A stretch of DNA of 64,000 bases from Octopus vulgaris (GCA_951406725.2 OX597834.1:42842001-42906000), one strand, 5' to 3'. Shown: positions 43,517 through 59,796, counted from the stretch's first letter. Notes: a model not told the origin generated them from the letters alone. Program-made: numbers and translations.

Positions 43517-43705
43517 TCGGCATGATAGATCACTGGGCACTACACATTCTTTATTTTCTCTCCTTGTTTCTTTCAGTGTTCCTTTCTGCCGAAGAGCGTA
43601 GGCTCGAAACGTTACAGACGTTTCCACTTCCCGAGCGTTATACTAATACATCTCTTTCTTGTCTACACTACCTGTCTTCGTCTTTTTTTTGTGAATTCTC
43701 CTTAT
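43517..43705 (+). mobile_element. Dispersed repeat with hammerhead-like motif (probable Penelope-like terminal repeat)
   Basis: catgatagatc...gaagagcgtaggctcgaaacg...cttcccgagcgtta.actaatacatct...gtcttcgtctt; second copy at 56555-56758; ends in (TA)n. Confidence 0.6.
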
Positions 43706-43729
43706 GAATATATATATATATATACACGA

Positions 43730-43891
43730 CGAGCGTCTTTCAATTTTAGTCTACTAGATCCACTCAGAAGGCTTTGGTGGACCCTAGGGCATAGTAGAAG
43801 ACACTTGCCCAAGGTGCCACGCAGTGGGACTAACCTCGGAAGCATGTTGTTGGTAAGCAAGCTATTTACCGCACAGCCGTTCCTACGCCTA
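43730..43891 (-). mobile_element. SINE family A 5' half
   Basis: tagaagacacttgcccaaggtgccacgcagtgggact...ttaccgcacagcc. Confidence 0.82.
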
Positions 43892-44001
43892 TATAGGGAG
43901 TCAGAGAAAGGCAGAATGCCACTTATATCTGAACACTACTATAGAAATATTCCTTTAAAAAAACTTTTCTTCTAATTTTTCTAAATTTAATTATTTAATC
44001 G

Positions 44002-44045
44002 TTACAGTTGAAAAGGTCTCAAAATGACCGAAACCGGTACTGAAA
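44002..44045 (+). ncRNA. Decayed minimal hammerhead motif
   Basis: cag-TTGAAAA-ggtc-tcaaaat-gacc-GAAA-CCGG-TA-ctg: stems I/II and palindromic stem III intact, but two substitutions in CUGANGA. Confidence 0.55.
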
Positions 44046-44128
44046 TGTTCACGATAAAATTATTTTAGCATTTTCTATTTTTGACTTGTTTTATCATATA
44101 TATCAACTCGTGTGTTCCTTTTCACCCA

Positions 44129-44227
<99 letters not shown>

Positions 44228-45309
44228 GTACCTTTAGACACGCTGATCTCTACTAGCAAATGCATGAAGGCGTCCAAAACTATCCTTTCAAAAATTACAG
44301 ATCAAATTATGCATGCGGAATTGAATGTTGCATTTTTACTTTCTTGAAATACTTCCTTCTTCTTCTGAAGCACTACCTATTCTAATTGTTTATTTTCTTT
44401 CCCCTACCAGTGAGATTCTAGCAGAAAAAAATATCATTATATATACCAATAAATTCTTACCTGAGGCACATTTGAATCGTGAATTCAGGTCAATGACCTC
44501 TTTGAATTTTTTTTTTGGTTACTTAGCGGTGTTTATGCAAATAGCTCTGATAAAAATACACAGTCCACTCTTCATTAGTGTGTTAAATTGCCCAGACAGT
44601 CTGGAGAGGAAAATATCAGTGTTGTTGTGCTAACGATGTATAGACAAAGACGAAACACGCCCTTTGCTGTGCAGTCCTTTCTAAGTGAGACAAAAACCAA
44701 AATAAATAAGCGAGAGATTTTTCAGTTCTTGAAATCATCTCCACTTCCCAATTCAGACGTGCTAAAAATTATCGTGAGTTCTTTATTCTTTTTCCCGGCT
44801 GCCCTGATGAAAATTTTACCAAATTAACAATTTATTGTGTACAGCAAACATTAGAATAAACTAGCAGCTCTCCCCCTCATTCACTTTCTCACTCCCTCTC
44901 TTTCTCCCTCTCACTCTCACACACACATACACACATACACACATGCACACACACACATTTACAAATATGTTATCTATCATATGTCTACAATCTGTACACC
45001 GATTATATACGATTAAACAGATACACCTAGTCTATACATAGCAATTCATATACACGCATTCGTCATTTCTCTGACAGCAGAGCGGAATAAAAGGATAAAT
45101 TGATATAACTAATACATAAAATATGACAAAAATCCTATCAAAGCATTAATGGGAGAGAAAGGATTTTGTGTCTCAATTAGTTTTGTTACAAACGAAGTGT
45201 AAAAATGAAACTAGACGCAAAGAACAAAGCAAATTTAGAAATAATGCGCATATAAATATTTCTATCTGGCAAGTTCTTTGTCTAATTTGTATGTGTGTAT
45301 ATATATATG

Positions 45310-45468
<159 letters not shown>

Positions 45469-45481
45469 ATAAATATATATA

Positions 45482-45674
45482 TAGGCGCAGGAGTGGCTGT
45501 GTGGTAAGTAGCTTGGTTAGCAACTACATGGCTCCGGGTTCAGTCCCACTGAGTAGCACCTTGGGCAAGTGTCTTCTACTATAGCCTCGGGCCCAATAAA
45601 GCATGGTGAGTGGATTTGGTTGACGGAAACTGAGAGAAGCCCGTCGGATATATGTGTGCATATGCATATATATT

Positions 45675-45733
<59 letters not shown>

Positions 45734-45785
45734 TTGTGTGTCTGTGTTTGTCCCCCCCAAACATTTTTTGACAACCGATGTTGGC
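45482..45785 (+). mobile_element. SINE family A, 3'-truncated
   Basis: aggcgcaggagtggctgtgtggtaagtagc...caccttgggcaagtgtcttctactatagcctcggg...gacaaccgatgttgg. Confidence 0.88.
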
Positions 45786-45857
45786 TACTTCTACTATGTA
45801 AAATTACCTGTTAAAGGGTAATTTCTTTTGTGTTTAAATGTACACTATTTAAAATTT

Positions 45858-45893
<36 letters not shown>

Positions 45894-45906
45894 CAGATAG
45901 ACAGAC

Positions 45907-46025
<119 letters not shown>

Positions 46026-46316
46026 GGAGGACGATAGAAAGATAATTAGATATGCGTGCAGGCGAGGCGATGTATTTGAGAAGCTCACATTGCAATTATG
46101 TCGATGAGGGTTCAGTCCTACCGTACTGCATTTTATATCTTCTGGTCGTTTACTGCCTCGTGAGGGCATTTGGTTGTCAGGAACCGTAGAGGAGCCAGTG
46201 GCAAATACATATATGTTTGTGTGTGCGTGTGTATTTGTGTGTGTGTGTGTGTGGGGGGGTGTCTGTGTGTTAGAGTGAACGTATGTCTATCCATGTATTG
46301 TCTCACACTCTCGTTC

Positions 46317-46354
<38 letters not shown>

Positions 46355-46478
46355 TACACACTGTCTCTGTTTCTATCTTCGCCCCTGTCTATTTTAGTGA
46401 GTATGTACGTGTTTATGTGTTTGGATTCAAAAATATGCGTGAATGTTGATATATCGCGTTTGTTACTGGTTGAGCATT

Positions 46479-46826
46479 TGGCCTCCTATTTCCTCAGATC
46501 ATGACAAACTTTGGACTATTACATGTGGAACGTAGTTGAGAGAGAAGTCAATGAACACATCCATGACACCAAAGATTCTATGAAAGCTGCCATAGCCAGA
46601 GTAATGTCCAAAATGAACCAGGACAACTTGATTCAAGCATGTAGATGATTTAGATTTCATATAGAAGCAGTTTTTGAAGCAGAAGGTGGCTTTATTGAAT
46701 AACATTATGGAAAGGAAGGTTTATTTCTATCGTCATAGCATTTTTGATAAAGTTATCTGTTATTATAAATCTGTTTTTTTCTTTTATAAACATAAATATG
46801 TCCTCAAATATCTTATGCTCCCTGTA
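46479..46826 (+). mobile_element. Tc1/mariner (DD37D/maT-like) transposon 3' fragment: transposase C-terminus + right TIR + TA
   Basis: WPPISSD, frameshift, then LDYYMWNVVEREVNEHIHDTKDSMKAAIARVMSKMNQDNLIQACR*FRFHIEAVFEAEGGFIE* (stop 46700-46702); end tgtcctcaaatatcttatgctccctg|TA at 46824. Confidence 0.88.
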
Positions 46827-47032
46827 TGTATGGCAAATGAAAGACGGAAGATGGAATATATGAGAATTTATTAATCACGTCAATTGTTTCGAAATATCTA
46901 TCATCGATCCATTTTAATTAAATGTTTTGTTTTTTTGCCGAGCCGCTAGTTTCAGTGATGTAAGCAAACCTACACCGTTTGTAAATCAATAGGGATCGAA
47001 TACCTGAATGTACACTCACTCACTCACTCACT

Positions 47033-47206
47033 CCGCCTTTAGTCGAGCAAATCGACCCCAGGACGTATTCTTTGTAAGCCTAGTACTTATTCTATCGGTC
47101 CCTCTTGCAGAACTGCTAGGTGACGGGTACGTCGACACACCAGCATCTGTTGTCAAGCGCTGTTGGGGGGACAAACACAGACACACAAACATATGAACAT
47201 ACATGT

Positions 47207-47260
<54 letters not shown>

Positions 47261-47417
47261 GACGGGCTTCTTTCAGTTTCCGTCTACCAAATCCGCTCAC
47301 AAGGCTTTGGTTGGCCCGAGGCTATAATAGAAGACACTTGCCCACGCATTTGGACTGAACCCGGACCCTATCTGGTTGGTAAGCAAGCTTCTTATCATAC
47401 TGCCACTCCTGCGCCTA
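47033..47417 (-). mobile_element. SINE family A, near full length
   Basis: ccgcctttagtcgagcaaatcgaccccaggac...gaagacacttgccca...gccactcctgcgcct. Confidence 0.88.
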
Positions 47418-47529
47418 TGCATTTATATATACATACTTATATACATAGATATACACACACCCTTATATATATATATATATATATATATTAAACATACGGT
47501 AATACACACACACACACATATACATATAC

Positions 47530-47576
<47 letters not shown>

Positions 47577-47886
47577 CATATAAGTGTCTATGTGTGAGAT
47601 TGTGCACGTTCATGTGCGTGTGTGTGTATGTCTCTCTTAATGTGGGAAATCATACGTTTTATTGGACAGTTATGTGAGAAGTTAGTGTTTGTTTTTAAGA
47701 GAAAACTTTCCACTGCCGCACCCTTGCTATGACAATAAAGAATAAAGCGCAAAAATAAAGCCACCAACAAGTCAAAAGGCGTTAGCACCACCACTATAGG
47801 GAGAAGCACCATATAGAGGAGAGCTATAGAAAGAGTTGAGGAAGATTCGTTTTATAGTTCAAAATAACCCATGCAAATGTATATAT

Positions 47887-47970
<84 letters not shown>

Positions 47971-47979
47971 TATATATAT

Positions 47980-48011
<32 letters not shown>

Positions 48012-48130
48012 CATACATACACGCACACATATATACACGTATAAAGAACCAGTTGGTTTTCGTCATTTTTTCTTTTATTATTAGTAATATTATTTAATCA
48101 TTTCACTACTATTACTATTATTATTACGAC

Positions 48131-48210
<80 letters not shown>

Positions 48211-49099
48211 GTATTGTGAATATTATCATTATTATTTTTTATAGTTATGATATTAATATAAAAATACTATTGTTATTAGTATTATTACGGTAGTTCTTTG
48301 TTGTTGTACTTGTTAGTGGTATAAACTGCAAATCCACCCATATCAATAATACGATCGAATTGAAAAAAAATATATATATTTATGATTTTTTTTTCTGTGA
48401 CAATTCATTGAATGTACTCGTTAGTGTGTTGCAACAAAGTTTTTTTTTTTCACAACAAAAAAGGCTGAAGGCAATTAAGGTACAATACAATAATATTTTT
48501 ATGATTTTTTTTTCACGAGGAAACACTATCCTGTCAATACATATCTGGGAAGGTAATTTTATATATGTATATATATATGTATATATATATATAAAATAAC
48601 AAAGCATTACTATTAAAATGGGTGAAGAATAACGGAAAAAATGAAAAACAAAAATATCTCATATACTTTTCCGCTGTCCACCCGTTTCATTCTCGTCTGC
48701 TTTCTTTTCTTTTGTCTAATAATTGGTAGGAGATGACGACAGAATAATGGCGACATTTTCAAAGGACAACAATGGAGCCCAGTTTTAAAAACAGCGGCAG
48801 TCTCATCAATATTTTGCCGGTGACAACGTGCCTATAAATGTTTATGTGTGATTACGTAGTAAATTAATTGACGACATCTTTCGTACTAAACGTTAGAGGT
48901 GTCGGGTTCTGCTCTTTGTGCATAAACATTTTAGTAGGAAACAGAAAATAAAATCATAAAAAAAAATGTTTGCATTTTTTTCTTTATACTCTTCTCTTTT
49001 TTTGCCATTCAGTTTCTTTTTTATCTTCATTATTTTCTCTGCCTATTTTCTCTTTATATACATAAATAAATGAATAAATGCAGGCTCACACCATACACA

Positions 49100-49168
<69 letters not shown>

Positions 49169-50530
49169 ACATCAATATGCATATATATATATGTGTGTGT
49201 GTATCTATCTATCTATCAATCTCTCTCTCTCTCTATCTATCTATATATCTACATATGTATATTTATGCATATATATATATATATATACAGCCATACGTAG
49301 ATCTGTCTGTCTGTCTACCTATCTATCTATTTCTATATGGATGTATATATATATATTTATATATATATATGTGTATGTATATTTATATTCAAGCATTCAT
49401 ACACAAAGTGTCACAGCAGTACTCATATACAAGCACAAACATACACATAAACTCTCTCTCTCTCTGACACACAGACACACAAGCACACACCGACACGCAC
49501 ACACACACACCAACACACAGACACACGCCGACACAAACACAACAACACAACACGGCAGCGGTAAAATAGCTTAGAGGTCGTCCTGCATACTGAATAAAAA
49601 TTAAATACCATAAAACAGATGCCATGTATTCGGTTGAAAACTCTTGATTAACCGAGAGTATTCATGCAATTAGGCGACAGAAACTTTCTTTTTACCAAGT
49701 GTTAGTACAAATGATTCCAGTAAAATCTATTATTCTATTTTAGATAAAGTATTTGCAAGTAGAGGGAGCTTTCGTCACTAGATTGTGGTTGTCTCACTCC
49801 GAGGACAGTAAGTACTCAGAAACCTAGGTGTATGAGTATCACGTAAGGCTAGAGATGGGACCGATGACCTCCCTTGCAAATGCTGTACAGACAAAAACTG
49901 TTTGTCGATAGCCAGCTGGAAAAGGTGTTTTCCTGGGGCTAAAACAATAGTAATATCGTATTTTATAGGACTGCCACATTCTGTTGGCATATAATCATTT
50001 CGATTATTCTATCTTTTTCGTTACATAGACTCTGTGCATATCGAATGGAAACTGATCGATAAAGCAAAATGGTGAAATAACTATCATGTTTCGGTGTTAT
50101 ATGATTTCCTCAATAAATAACATTCTACAGTCTGTCATTCTTGTAACTAACTGCGCGGTGTGTGTCATTTATGGAGGGTTCTCTTCTCGCTGCAATACTT
50201 ATGTAAAGGATATACACTCCCGCACACAAACGTATATGTTTTGCTGTTCCATTACTGATAGGATCAACAAATTAGTTCTCTATCCCGTAAAAGATAAATA
50301 TCGTTTAATGCATGCCGAATTTAAAATAAGAACTACTGAGAGTTTCATGCTGTGGAGACACGATAATTCGTCGGATTTAAATGACGTGTTTTGTGTATCC
50401 AAGCAATATTTTAAGTTTAGTGTACATAGTGCTTGGAGACGTGAGTGTGTGAAACGTATGCATGTGTGAACGTGCAAACGTATGCACGAATGCATCTCAT
50501 TCTTTCTCTCTATGGAATATCTTTCTCACA

Positions 50531-50802
50531 GGCTTTAGTCCAGCAAATCGACCCAAGGACTTATTCTTTGTAAGCCTAGTACTTATTCTATCGGTCTCTT
50601 TTGCCGAACTGCTAGTTGACGGGGACATAAACAAATCAGCAATGGTTGTCAAGCGATGATGGGGGGGGGGGGACAAACACAGACACACAAGTACATACAC
50701 ACACATATATATATACAAATATATATATATATATACGACGGGCTTCTTTCGGTTTCCGTCTAAGAAATCCACTCACAAGGCTTTCGTCGGTCCGAGGCTA
50801 TA
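50531..50802 (-). mobile_element. SINE family A, central part
   Basis: cagcaaatcgacccaaggacttattctttgtaagcctagtac...ccactcacaaggctttcgtcggtccgaggctata. Confidence 0.85.
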
Positions 50803-51365
50803 TATATTCTACCACTGTCCTTCGTTCAATTTTTCTTCTCTCACAGACTATTTCTCTTTTTATCAGCCACGTATTGCGACGATACTTCAATCCCTCGCTA
50901 CATCCATCCCAGCATTCCTTCCTTCTTACCTTCCTTTCTTCCTTCCTTCCTTCCTTCCTTCCTTCAATCCTTCCTTCCTTCCTCTCTCGACGTATTATGC
51001 CAGCCATTCCTTTTCCTATTTCACTCTAACTCTTTCCAATTTTTACTCTTCCCCCTCATCCCCTTCCCTTCTTATTTCTTCTCCAGGTTGGTATTTGTTA
51101 TATTTCTATTTTTTCTTGTGTGTCCTTTTTTCTTTATTTCCTAATACATTAACAAACGATAGTAACACTACTACGGACAATTGGTATCCACCCGGCTACA
51201 GAGACCCGACACCTAATTAGTTGTCATAACAATACAATACGATGTCCTTCCAACACAGTCATGGCTGCAGTATAAAATATTTGAAGGACAAAGTGTTACC
51301 AACACTCATTCATACACAATACGCAGATAAAAAATATACATACATACGTACATGATACGCATATG

Positions 51366-51400
<35 letters not shown>

Positions 51401-51565
51401 ATATATATATGTATGTATGTATATGTATATATATATATATATTTAAAGAGAGAGAGAGAGAGAGAGGGAGAGAGGGATATATAGATAATGCAGATAGATA
51501 TACATATGTACATATATATTTATATATACATATCTATATATGTGTGTATATATATATACATATAC

Positions 51566-51620
<55 letters not shown>

Positions 51621-52413
51621 TACATATATATATATGTATATATATGTATATATATGTATATATTTATATATATGTATATACTTATATACATATATATGTA
51701 TACCAGATCTACAAACCAAACTGTAAAATGTATATAGATATATAGACACGCACGCACGAACACACACAGCGCGCGGACACACATATACGCACACACACAT
51801 GCATATATGTATGTATGCGTTCATTGTGTGAGATAAAATACCTGATATATATTACATAAATCAAGCTATCGGCAATATTACATGATTCAAGCTATATGAT
51901 GACATATGAAGCAGTTATCGACAGACCTGGACGGTGGATACGTTGTAGACTGGCCTGGTTGAACTTGGGCATTTTTGGGAGAGAACGCAAATCTTTGATT
52001 CATGCACTTCAAATGATCTTGATATCTGGAAGTATAAAAAATAGTGAAACTTCCCAAGATTTATATGGTGATGAACAAAACAATATGCCTTCGTTCATAC
52101 CCCTGCTACCAAGTAGGCAGTTGATCACAATACGTTCTAAATTAAAAGAGAAAGAGAACATCCATCCATCCATCCATCCATCCATACATACATACATACA
52201 TACATACATACATACATACAAGTATATATACCTGAGTGATGAATGCATATATTTCCATATGAGTGTATATCTATACATCTATTTACACCATATAAGCAGA
52301 CACACATATATACATACATCAATACATATATACATACAGGCAAACAAACATAGAATATAGGTATACGCATATCTATACATAAAACCATATATGCTTATGT
52401 ATACATAAATATA

Positions 52414-52496
<83 letters not shown>

Positions 52497-52538
52497 TACA
52501 TATATATAAATATACATATATATATGCATATATATATT

Positions 52539-52570
<32 letters not shown>

Positions 52571-52576
52571 CATATG

Positions 52577-52691
<115 letters not shown>

Positions 52692-53279
52692 CACATTTAG
52701 GCATATCTGCCGTTGTGTTTTTTTATGAGTAAGTGTGAATATCTATTAATTGTTTTGGAGGCGTATGTCTCTGTTTTTGCGCAAATATTTCTTTGACTTT
52801 CTGATTGTATCGTATGCGATGAACACTTCACTGTTGTTGGAGGGAAATACAATTTCCCCTGCGTAAAATGGAGGCGGCGTATGTGGGCAAAAGTTGTGTG
52901 TTAGGCGATAGCATCAATGTTATTTAGTCTCCGGTCGGAAAGAAATTCGAAGATACAAGGCAGGAAGTGTATAAATAATATATCATATTATATACATTAA
53001 GAATTATTCGCAAGAACAAACATCTAACGTGGAAAAAAGTAAAAATGAAAATGAAAAATAAAATCTATGTTTGGTAAAAGGTAAAAAGAGAACGATCGTA
53101 TCCTTAAGGAAAACTGATATCAGATATATGTAAGTATATATAGATATTTCAAGACCTAAATAAGTGAAGATCCACGGACTTTATTTATATATTTATATAA
53201 TTATATGTGTGTATGTATGTGTGTACGTATGTTTGTAGGTAGGTAGGTATATATACACACGTATTCGTATATGAATAGT

Positions 53280-54722
<1,443 letters not shown>

Positions 54723-54849
54723 TGAATATATACAGTAACGGACATCTTACACGGTTTACAAGAATCCAAGATCTCAAGTAACCCTAGGGCACTATGTTAT
54801 ACTTGTATTGATTAAACAAGCCCTTTGTCTGAAGCTGGTTGATTTGCAA

Positions 54850-55950
54850 ACGGTATGTTAAGAGCAAAACTATCACTTGTTTCTTGGTTGTTCCTATAAA
54901 TTTATATGATTGGTTTGAGGCCATCTTCGAAACGTTAATGTGGTGAACAACACTTTGTCCTCAACTTTCAAACGCTAAAATAGAATGCTTTTGGCAGCCT
55001 AGAGTCAAACTTTCTCACATGTCTTGCCAAGGAATCTGGATTTCCTAGAGTTGGGCATTGGTACATGTGAGAAAATCTGTATCAAGAATTCTATCCCGTC
55101 GCTTTCTACCAAAAGTCTTCTAAGAAAAGAAATATGGGATTATTTCAGTATTCAAAATGAGATTCCTACGCTGTCCAGGTTTCAGCATCGTAAATGAGTT
55201 TTGGAAATGCGACAGCATTAGCATTGCATACTTTCATTCTGGTTTGACAATCAATGTATGAAGAGTTCCACACCCGAAACCATAAATTTGCATAAGCTGC
55301 ATTCACTGTACTATTACGTGTGGATACTTCATCCTTGTCATCTGTGAAATTTGTTTATGAAAGTGTTGTGTGGACGCCCCCAGACGATGAAGTAGGCTGG
55401 CCTAATACATAGATATAGAGGGAGGAGTCTAGACGTCAGAGTTGAGTAGAGGTCATCCGAATGTGCGACATAACAGTGGTGACGAGGATGAGATGCTCAC
55501 ACAGCCACTGTGTAGTATTGCGACATAACAGAAAGATACACAAAATCGTCATCATTATTCACTGTGTGGGTATCGTCGTAAAATTTGATGTTGAACTTCT
55601 GTTCTTTTGCACTACTGATAGGGTGGAAAAGTTCTCACAAGTCTTTAAGAATCGCTAAACATTCTGGATTCCCATTGCACAAACATTTGACAGTCATCTG
55701 TAAGCATTAAATCGCATACTGCTTGAATTTGCTTGTTGCAGTTCTCAAAAACCGAGTGATATACCGAATGTCCATTTCAAACGTGTATTGTGTTTCTTGT
55801 GTGAAGAAGAAGTCGAATACATAAGTAGTGAAATCGATATTAAAATAACAATTCTTTCAGGTAATGCGCCAACATAACCGTATTCTAGAGACTGCAACAA
55901 GCAATAATTACAAGCACCACTGCGAGACAGATTTTGACGCTCCGGCGCGT
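54850..55950 (-). mobile_element. Decayed RTE-clade LINE reverse-transcriptase fragment
   Basis: Minus strand, in the expected order: AVCDLMLTDDC (~RDFLFADDC), KRTEVQHQ (~KKTEVMHQ), DEVSTRNSTVNAAYANLWFRVWN, TRMKVCNA...PKLIYDAETWT (~TKLKVYxAVVLPTLLYGCETWT), HVRKFDSRLPK, RFEDGLK. Confidence 0.85.
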
Positions 55951-56366
55951 CAGCCACTCGGCTTACAGTCCTTGCTGAACATTATGTTACGTTTGTTCTT
56001 GTACTGGTGACTGATTTTAGCTGTATTATGTAGACTCATTCACATACAAACATATACACACACACTTCCACACACACACAACACCGCCCCCATACATACA
56101 GCCATACATGCATACATACATACATATATAAACAGATACATGTATACATACATACACACACATATATATACACATATACATATACATGCATACATACATA
56201 TATATATAGTTGACATACGTTTCGAGCAAATGTAAAGTAATTTTTTTCTTCCTTTTTTATCTTTTTAGGAAATTGGGTTTCGAAGCACATTTAAAGTTAC
56301 AAGTAATAGAATGTAAATATTGGGTTTCAAAATCCCTTTTCAATACAAAAAGTCGAAGGCCGACCG

Positions 56367-56383
56367 TGGTACTCAAAATCTGA

Positions 56384-56423
<40 letters not shown>

Positions 56424-56452
56424 TATATATAAAGTTCAGATTTTGAGTACCA
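56367..56452. repeat. Perfect 22-bp inverted repeat flanking a (TA)n tract (86-bp quasi-palindrome)
   Basis: tggtactcaaaatctgaacttt-(TA)n-aaagttcagattttgagtacca. Confidence 0.92.
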
Positions 56453-56554
56453 GATTTTGAGTTTATATATATAAACGCACGTGCACCTTTGTTTTGGGAT
56501 TACAACTATTTTATTATCTCCCTTTCTTCCTAGCTCTCCTATCTGACTCTCTGT

Positions 56555-56758
56555 CCGGCATTTGCCATGATAGATCGCTAGCCACTAAACCTGTTTTACT
56601 TTCTCTCCCTTTATATTTCCGTGTTCCTCTCTTTTGAAGAGCGTAGGCTCGAAGTGTAAAATACTTTTTCACTTCCCGAGCGTTAAACTAATACATCTGT
56701 TTGTTGTTTACACACCCGTCTTCGTCTTGTTTTTTTTCTTTGTAAATCCTCCCAATAT
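56555..56758 (+). mobile_element. Second copy of the 43517 repeat (hammerhead-like motif decayed)
   Basis: ttgaagagcgtaggctcgaagtgtaaaatactttttcacttcccgagcgttaaactaatacatctg. Confidence 0.6.
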
Positions 56759-57129
56759 ATAGATGCATGTGTGTGTTCGTGCGTGTTGTGGGGGCGTTGC
56801 ATGAACCATAGTTTACTGAGAAACTGAGCCTCACATAATTATTTTAGTACAAACACCCACGATTGTACAACCTCCGACGGACATCTATACCTTTGACATC
56901 TATACAGCTTTAAACATGTATTAATGCTTAAATAAACACGAAGCTATTGAAGAAGGCACAATGTGACGTGCAGTAGAACTGAATTGCCCCCACCACACCA
57001 TATATGATTGCTAATCGTACATTTTAATCACAAACCGAATAACTAATAATTGCTACTAGTTTTAGACGTTACACGACAGGGGGGGGGACAAAGTTTGTAG
57101 TTTAACATTATCCACGAAGAATCCAGCAA

Positions 57130-57485
57130 AATGCTTCGCAGCATTTGAACAGTTCTTTAAGTACTGAGATCAAATACCACCGTAGAGAAAATAAGTACCA
57201 GTTAGACACTGGGGTCGATGTAATCGACTTATTCCTACCCCAAAACTTGCTGGCTTTGTGACAAAATTTGAAATTAATATTTTGCTACAGAGCAGTGACC
57301 TGCCGAGCGAAATGCCTAGCAGATTTTAGTCCGTCTTCAAGTTCTGAGTTCAAATTACGCCGTGGTCGATTGTGTTTTTTATCTTTGCGAATCGATAAAA
57401 TAGTAACCAGACGAGCAGTGGTGTCGATGTTATCGGCTTAACCCTTCTTCAAACATGCTGGACATGAGCCAAAACTTTGAACCAA
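57130..57485 (+). mobile_element. Two diverged tandem SINE family C copies
   Basis: aaataagtaccagttagacactggggtcgatgtaatcgac and gttctgagttcaaattacgccgtggtcga...tcgatgttatcggcttaacc. Confidence 0.7.
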
Positions 57486-59035
57486 TATGATATAATGCTA
57501 TCCATTGCGAATAATAACATATTTGCTGCTAGAAAATAATGTCTATCGATTCAGGCACAAATTCTGTAATTCTATAAGTGCCACCTCATATATGAGACAG
57601 TTTATCATACACACGTAGTAAAGTGGGCAAGCTTCAGAGTCGTGACAATTGCATCAGGAGTTGGAATCTTGGTGAGGTTTACGAGTGACAATTTTATCCA
57701 TATTGAGGCAGCAGTTGTATGATTTATTTATCGGCCATTAAAAATCGTCCTGTAATTATATTTCGATGGGAAATGCTTATCTAAAAGAGACAAAAATTAC
57801 TTGCCTACGTTAGTTGTAACATATAAAAGGAAAAGGGAGCGAATCATATTATTTTCGTATATCTCTAGTTATGTACGTAAGTATACATTTGAACGCGTGT
57901 GCGCATGTTTATGTATAAATACAAACACACACACACACACACACAAATTCATGCATATATAGATGCATACATGTATGCATATGTATATGTAATCACGATT
58001 TATTACCGTTAAGAATAACAATTTAACTGTTAATTACTGTTGCAGCATATTGATTAATTTCACATAATAAGCGTAAGTAATTCGATATAATAAGCAATCA
58101 TTAATTCTTAACAATAATGATGTTTATTTTCAATTAGTTACACATCTTTCATATCAATTCTAAATAAAGCAAAGGTTTTAACCCACAATGAGTATTGATC
58201 AGATTCAATAGCGACAAATCCCTTGATGAGAAACGAAACCGGAACCCGCTTTCTTAAAATGCCCACGTACAAGCGCGATGACTAAAGCCAGCGGATGGCC
58301 TTTCACTATGCAGGCAACTAATAATTAATGCTGATTATTATGCTCGCCTAAACATTAATGAAGGAAATAAAGACGACAAAACAGCGCTTATCAACGAGAA
58401 GGCCAAGAGAATTAAGTTATTGCGTTATCAACATTAATTGACTTCGCTTATCGCTTGTGCATTTACCACTATCTGTCGAAATTCGTTAGGAAATGCGAAT
58501 AGAAATAAGGCGGCGTGGTGTACCGTATTGCAAGGTGGTGTGTAATGATGTAAGTTGTCATGTCGTAGTGGTGATGTGGTTGGAGTGACGCGGTACCGTA
58601 GAAAGGAAGACGGAAAATAATGTAAGAAATTAAGGAGGTTATGTTGTTTTGTTTCATTTTATCAATTCATTGCCCGGAAATATTCTTTTTCAAACATGGT
58701 AGTTTTTCACTTTTACTTCCATTTTCATTCTCACCCTCTCTCGTCTCTCATTCTCTCTTGTTCCTCTCTGCTTAGACACACATAGAAGCGTACAAACATG
58801 AATACTGATACACATATTAATACATACACACATGCATATATATATATATACACACAAACACATGTCTGTATGTGTATGGGTGCGTAATTCATTGTGTGTG
58901 TATATACACACACAGAGACACATAACCCATTTATATATATATGTGTGTGTGTGTGTGTGTATAGATATATATATGTATATATTACTGTATATATACATAT
59001 ATGAATGTATCTATATATATATGTATATAAATGCG

Positions 59036-59070
<35 letters not shown>

Positions 59071-59112
59071 ATATATATATATGTATGTATTTATATATAT
59101 ATATATATAAAT

Positions 59113-59176
<64 letters not shown>

Positions 59177-59571
59177 GCGTACATATCTATATATGCACAT
59201 ATATATGTGCGTGTGCGTTGATGTTGTACAGTGTTCTTCATACCGAATAAAAGAATAATATCAACATATTACCCAAACCATTACAACAACAACAACAATA
59301 ATAACCACGACGACGAGGAGGAGGGCGACGAGGTCGACGACGACGACGACGACTGAAAAGATGGAATGAGAAGAAAATTAGGAAAATGAAACACGTGCAG
59401 AGAGCATCGACAGTCAGGTACGGTCGTGTGTATGAGCGAGGCATAGCATTTGTATATGTTCGAGCAAACATACGTTGCATATACACATACACATCTAGAC
59501 ATGTGTGTGTGTGCGTGCGTGTGGCTTGTGTGCGTATACAGGTATGCCGGGATACTTACACATATACATAC

Positions 59572-59621
<50 letters not shown>

Positions 59622-59796
59622 ACATATGTATATATATGTATGTATATATATATATGCATACATACGTACACACACACAACACACATACAAACATACACAC
59701 ACATATATACGTGAAAATATTTATACTACGCTCCCTTATATATATGTTTATATGCCTATAAAAATAAATACATAGGTTCTCACAGGTATATATGTA

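Noticed and set aside
58222-58250. ttgatgagaaacgaaaccggaa hammerhead-like string
   Set aside because: No stem I, no UH triplet, and the core C is missing.
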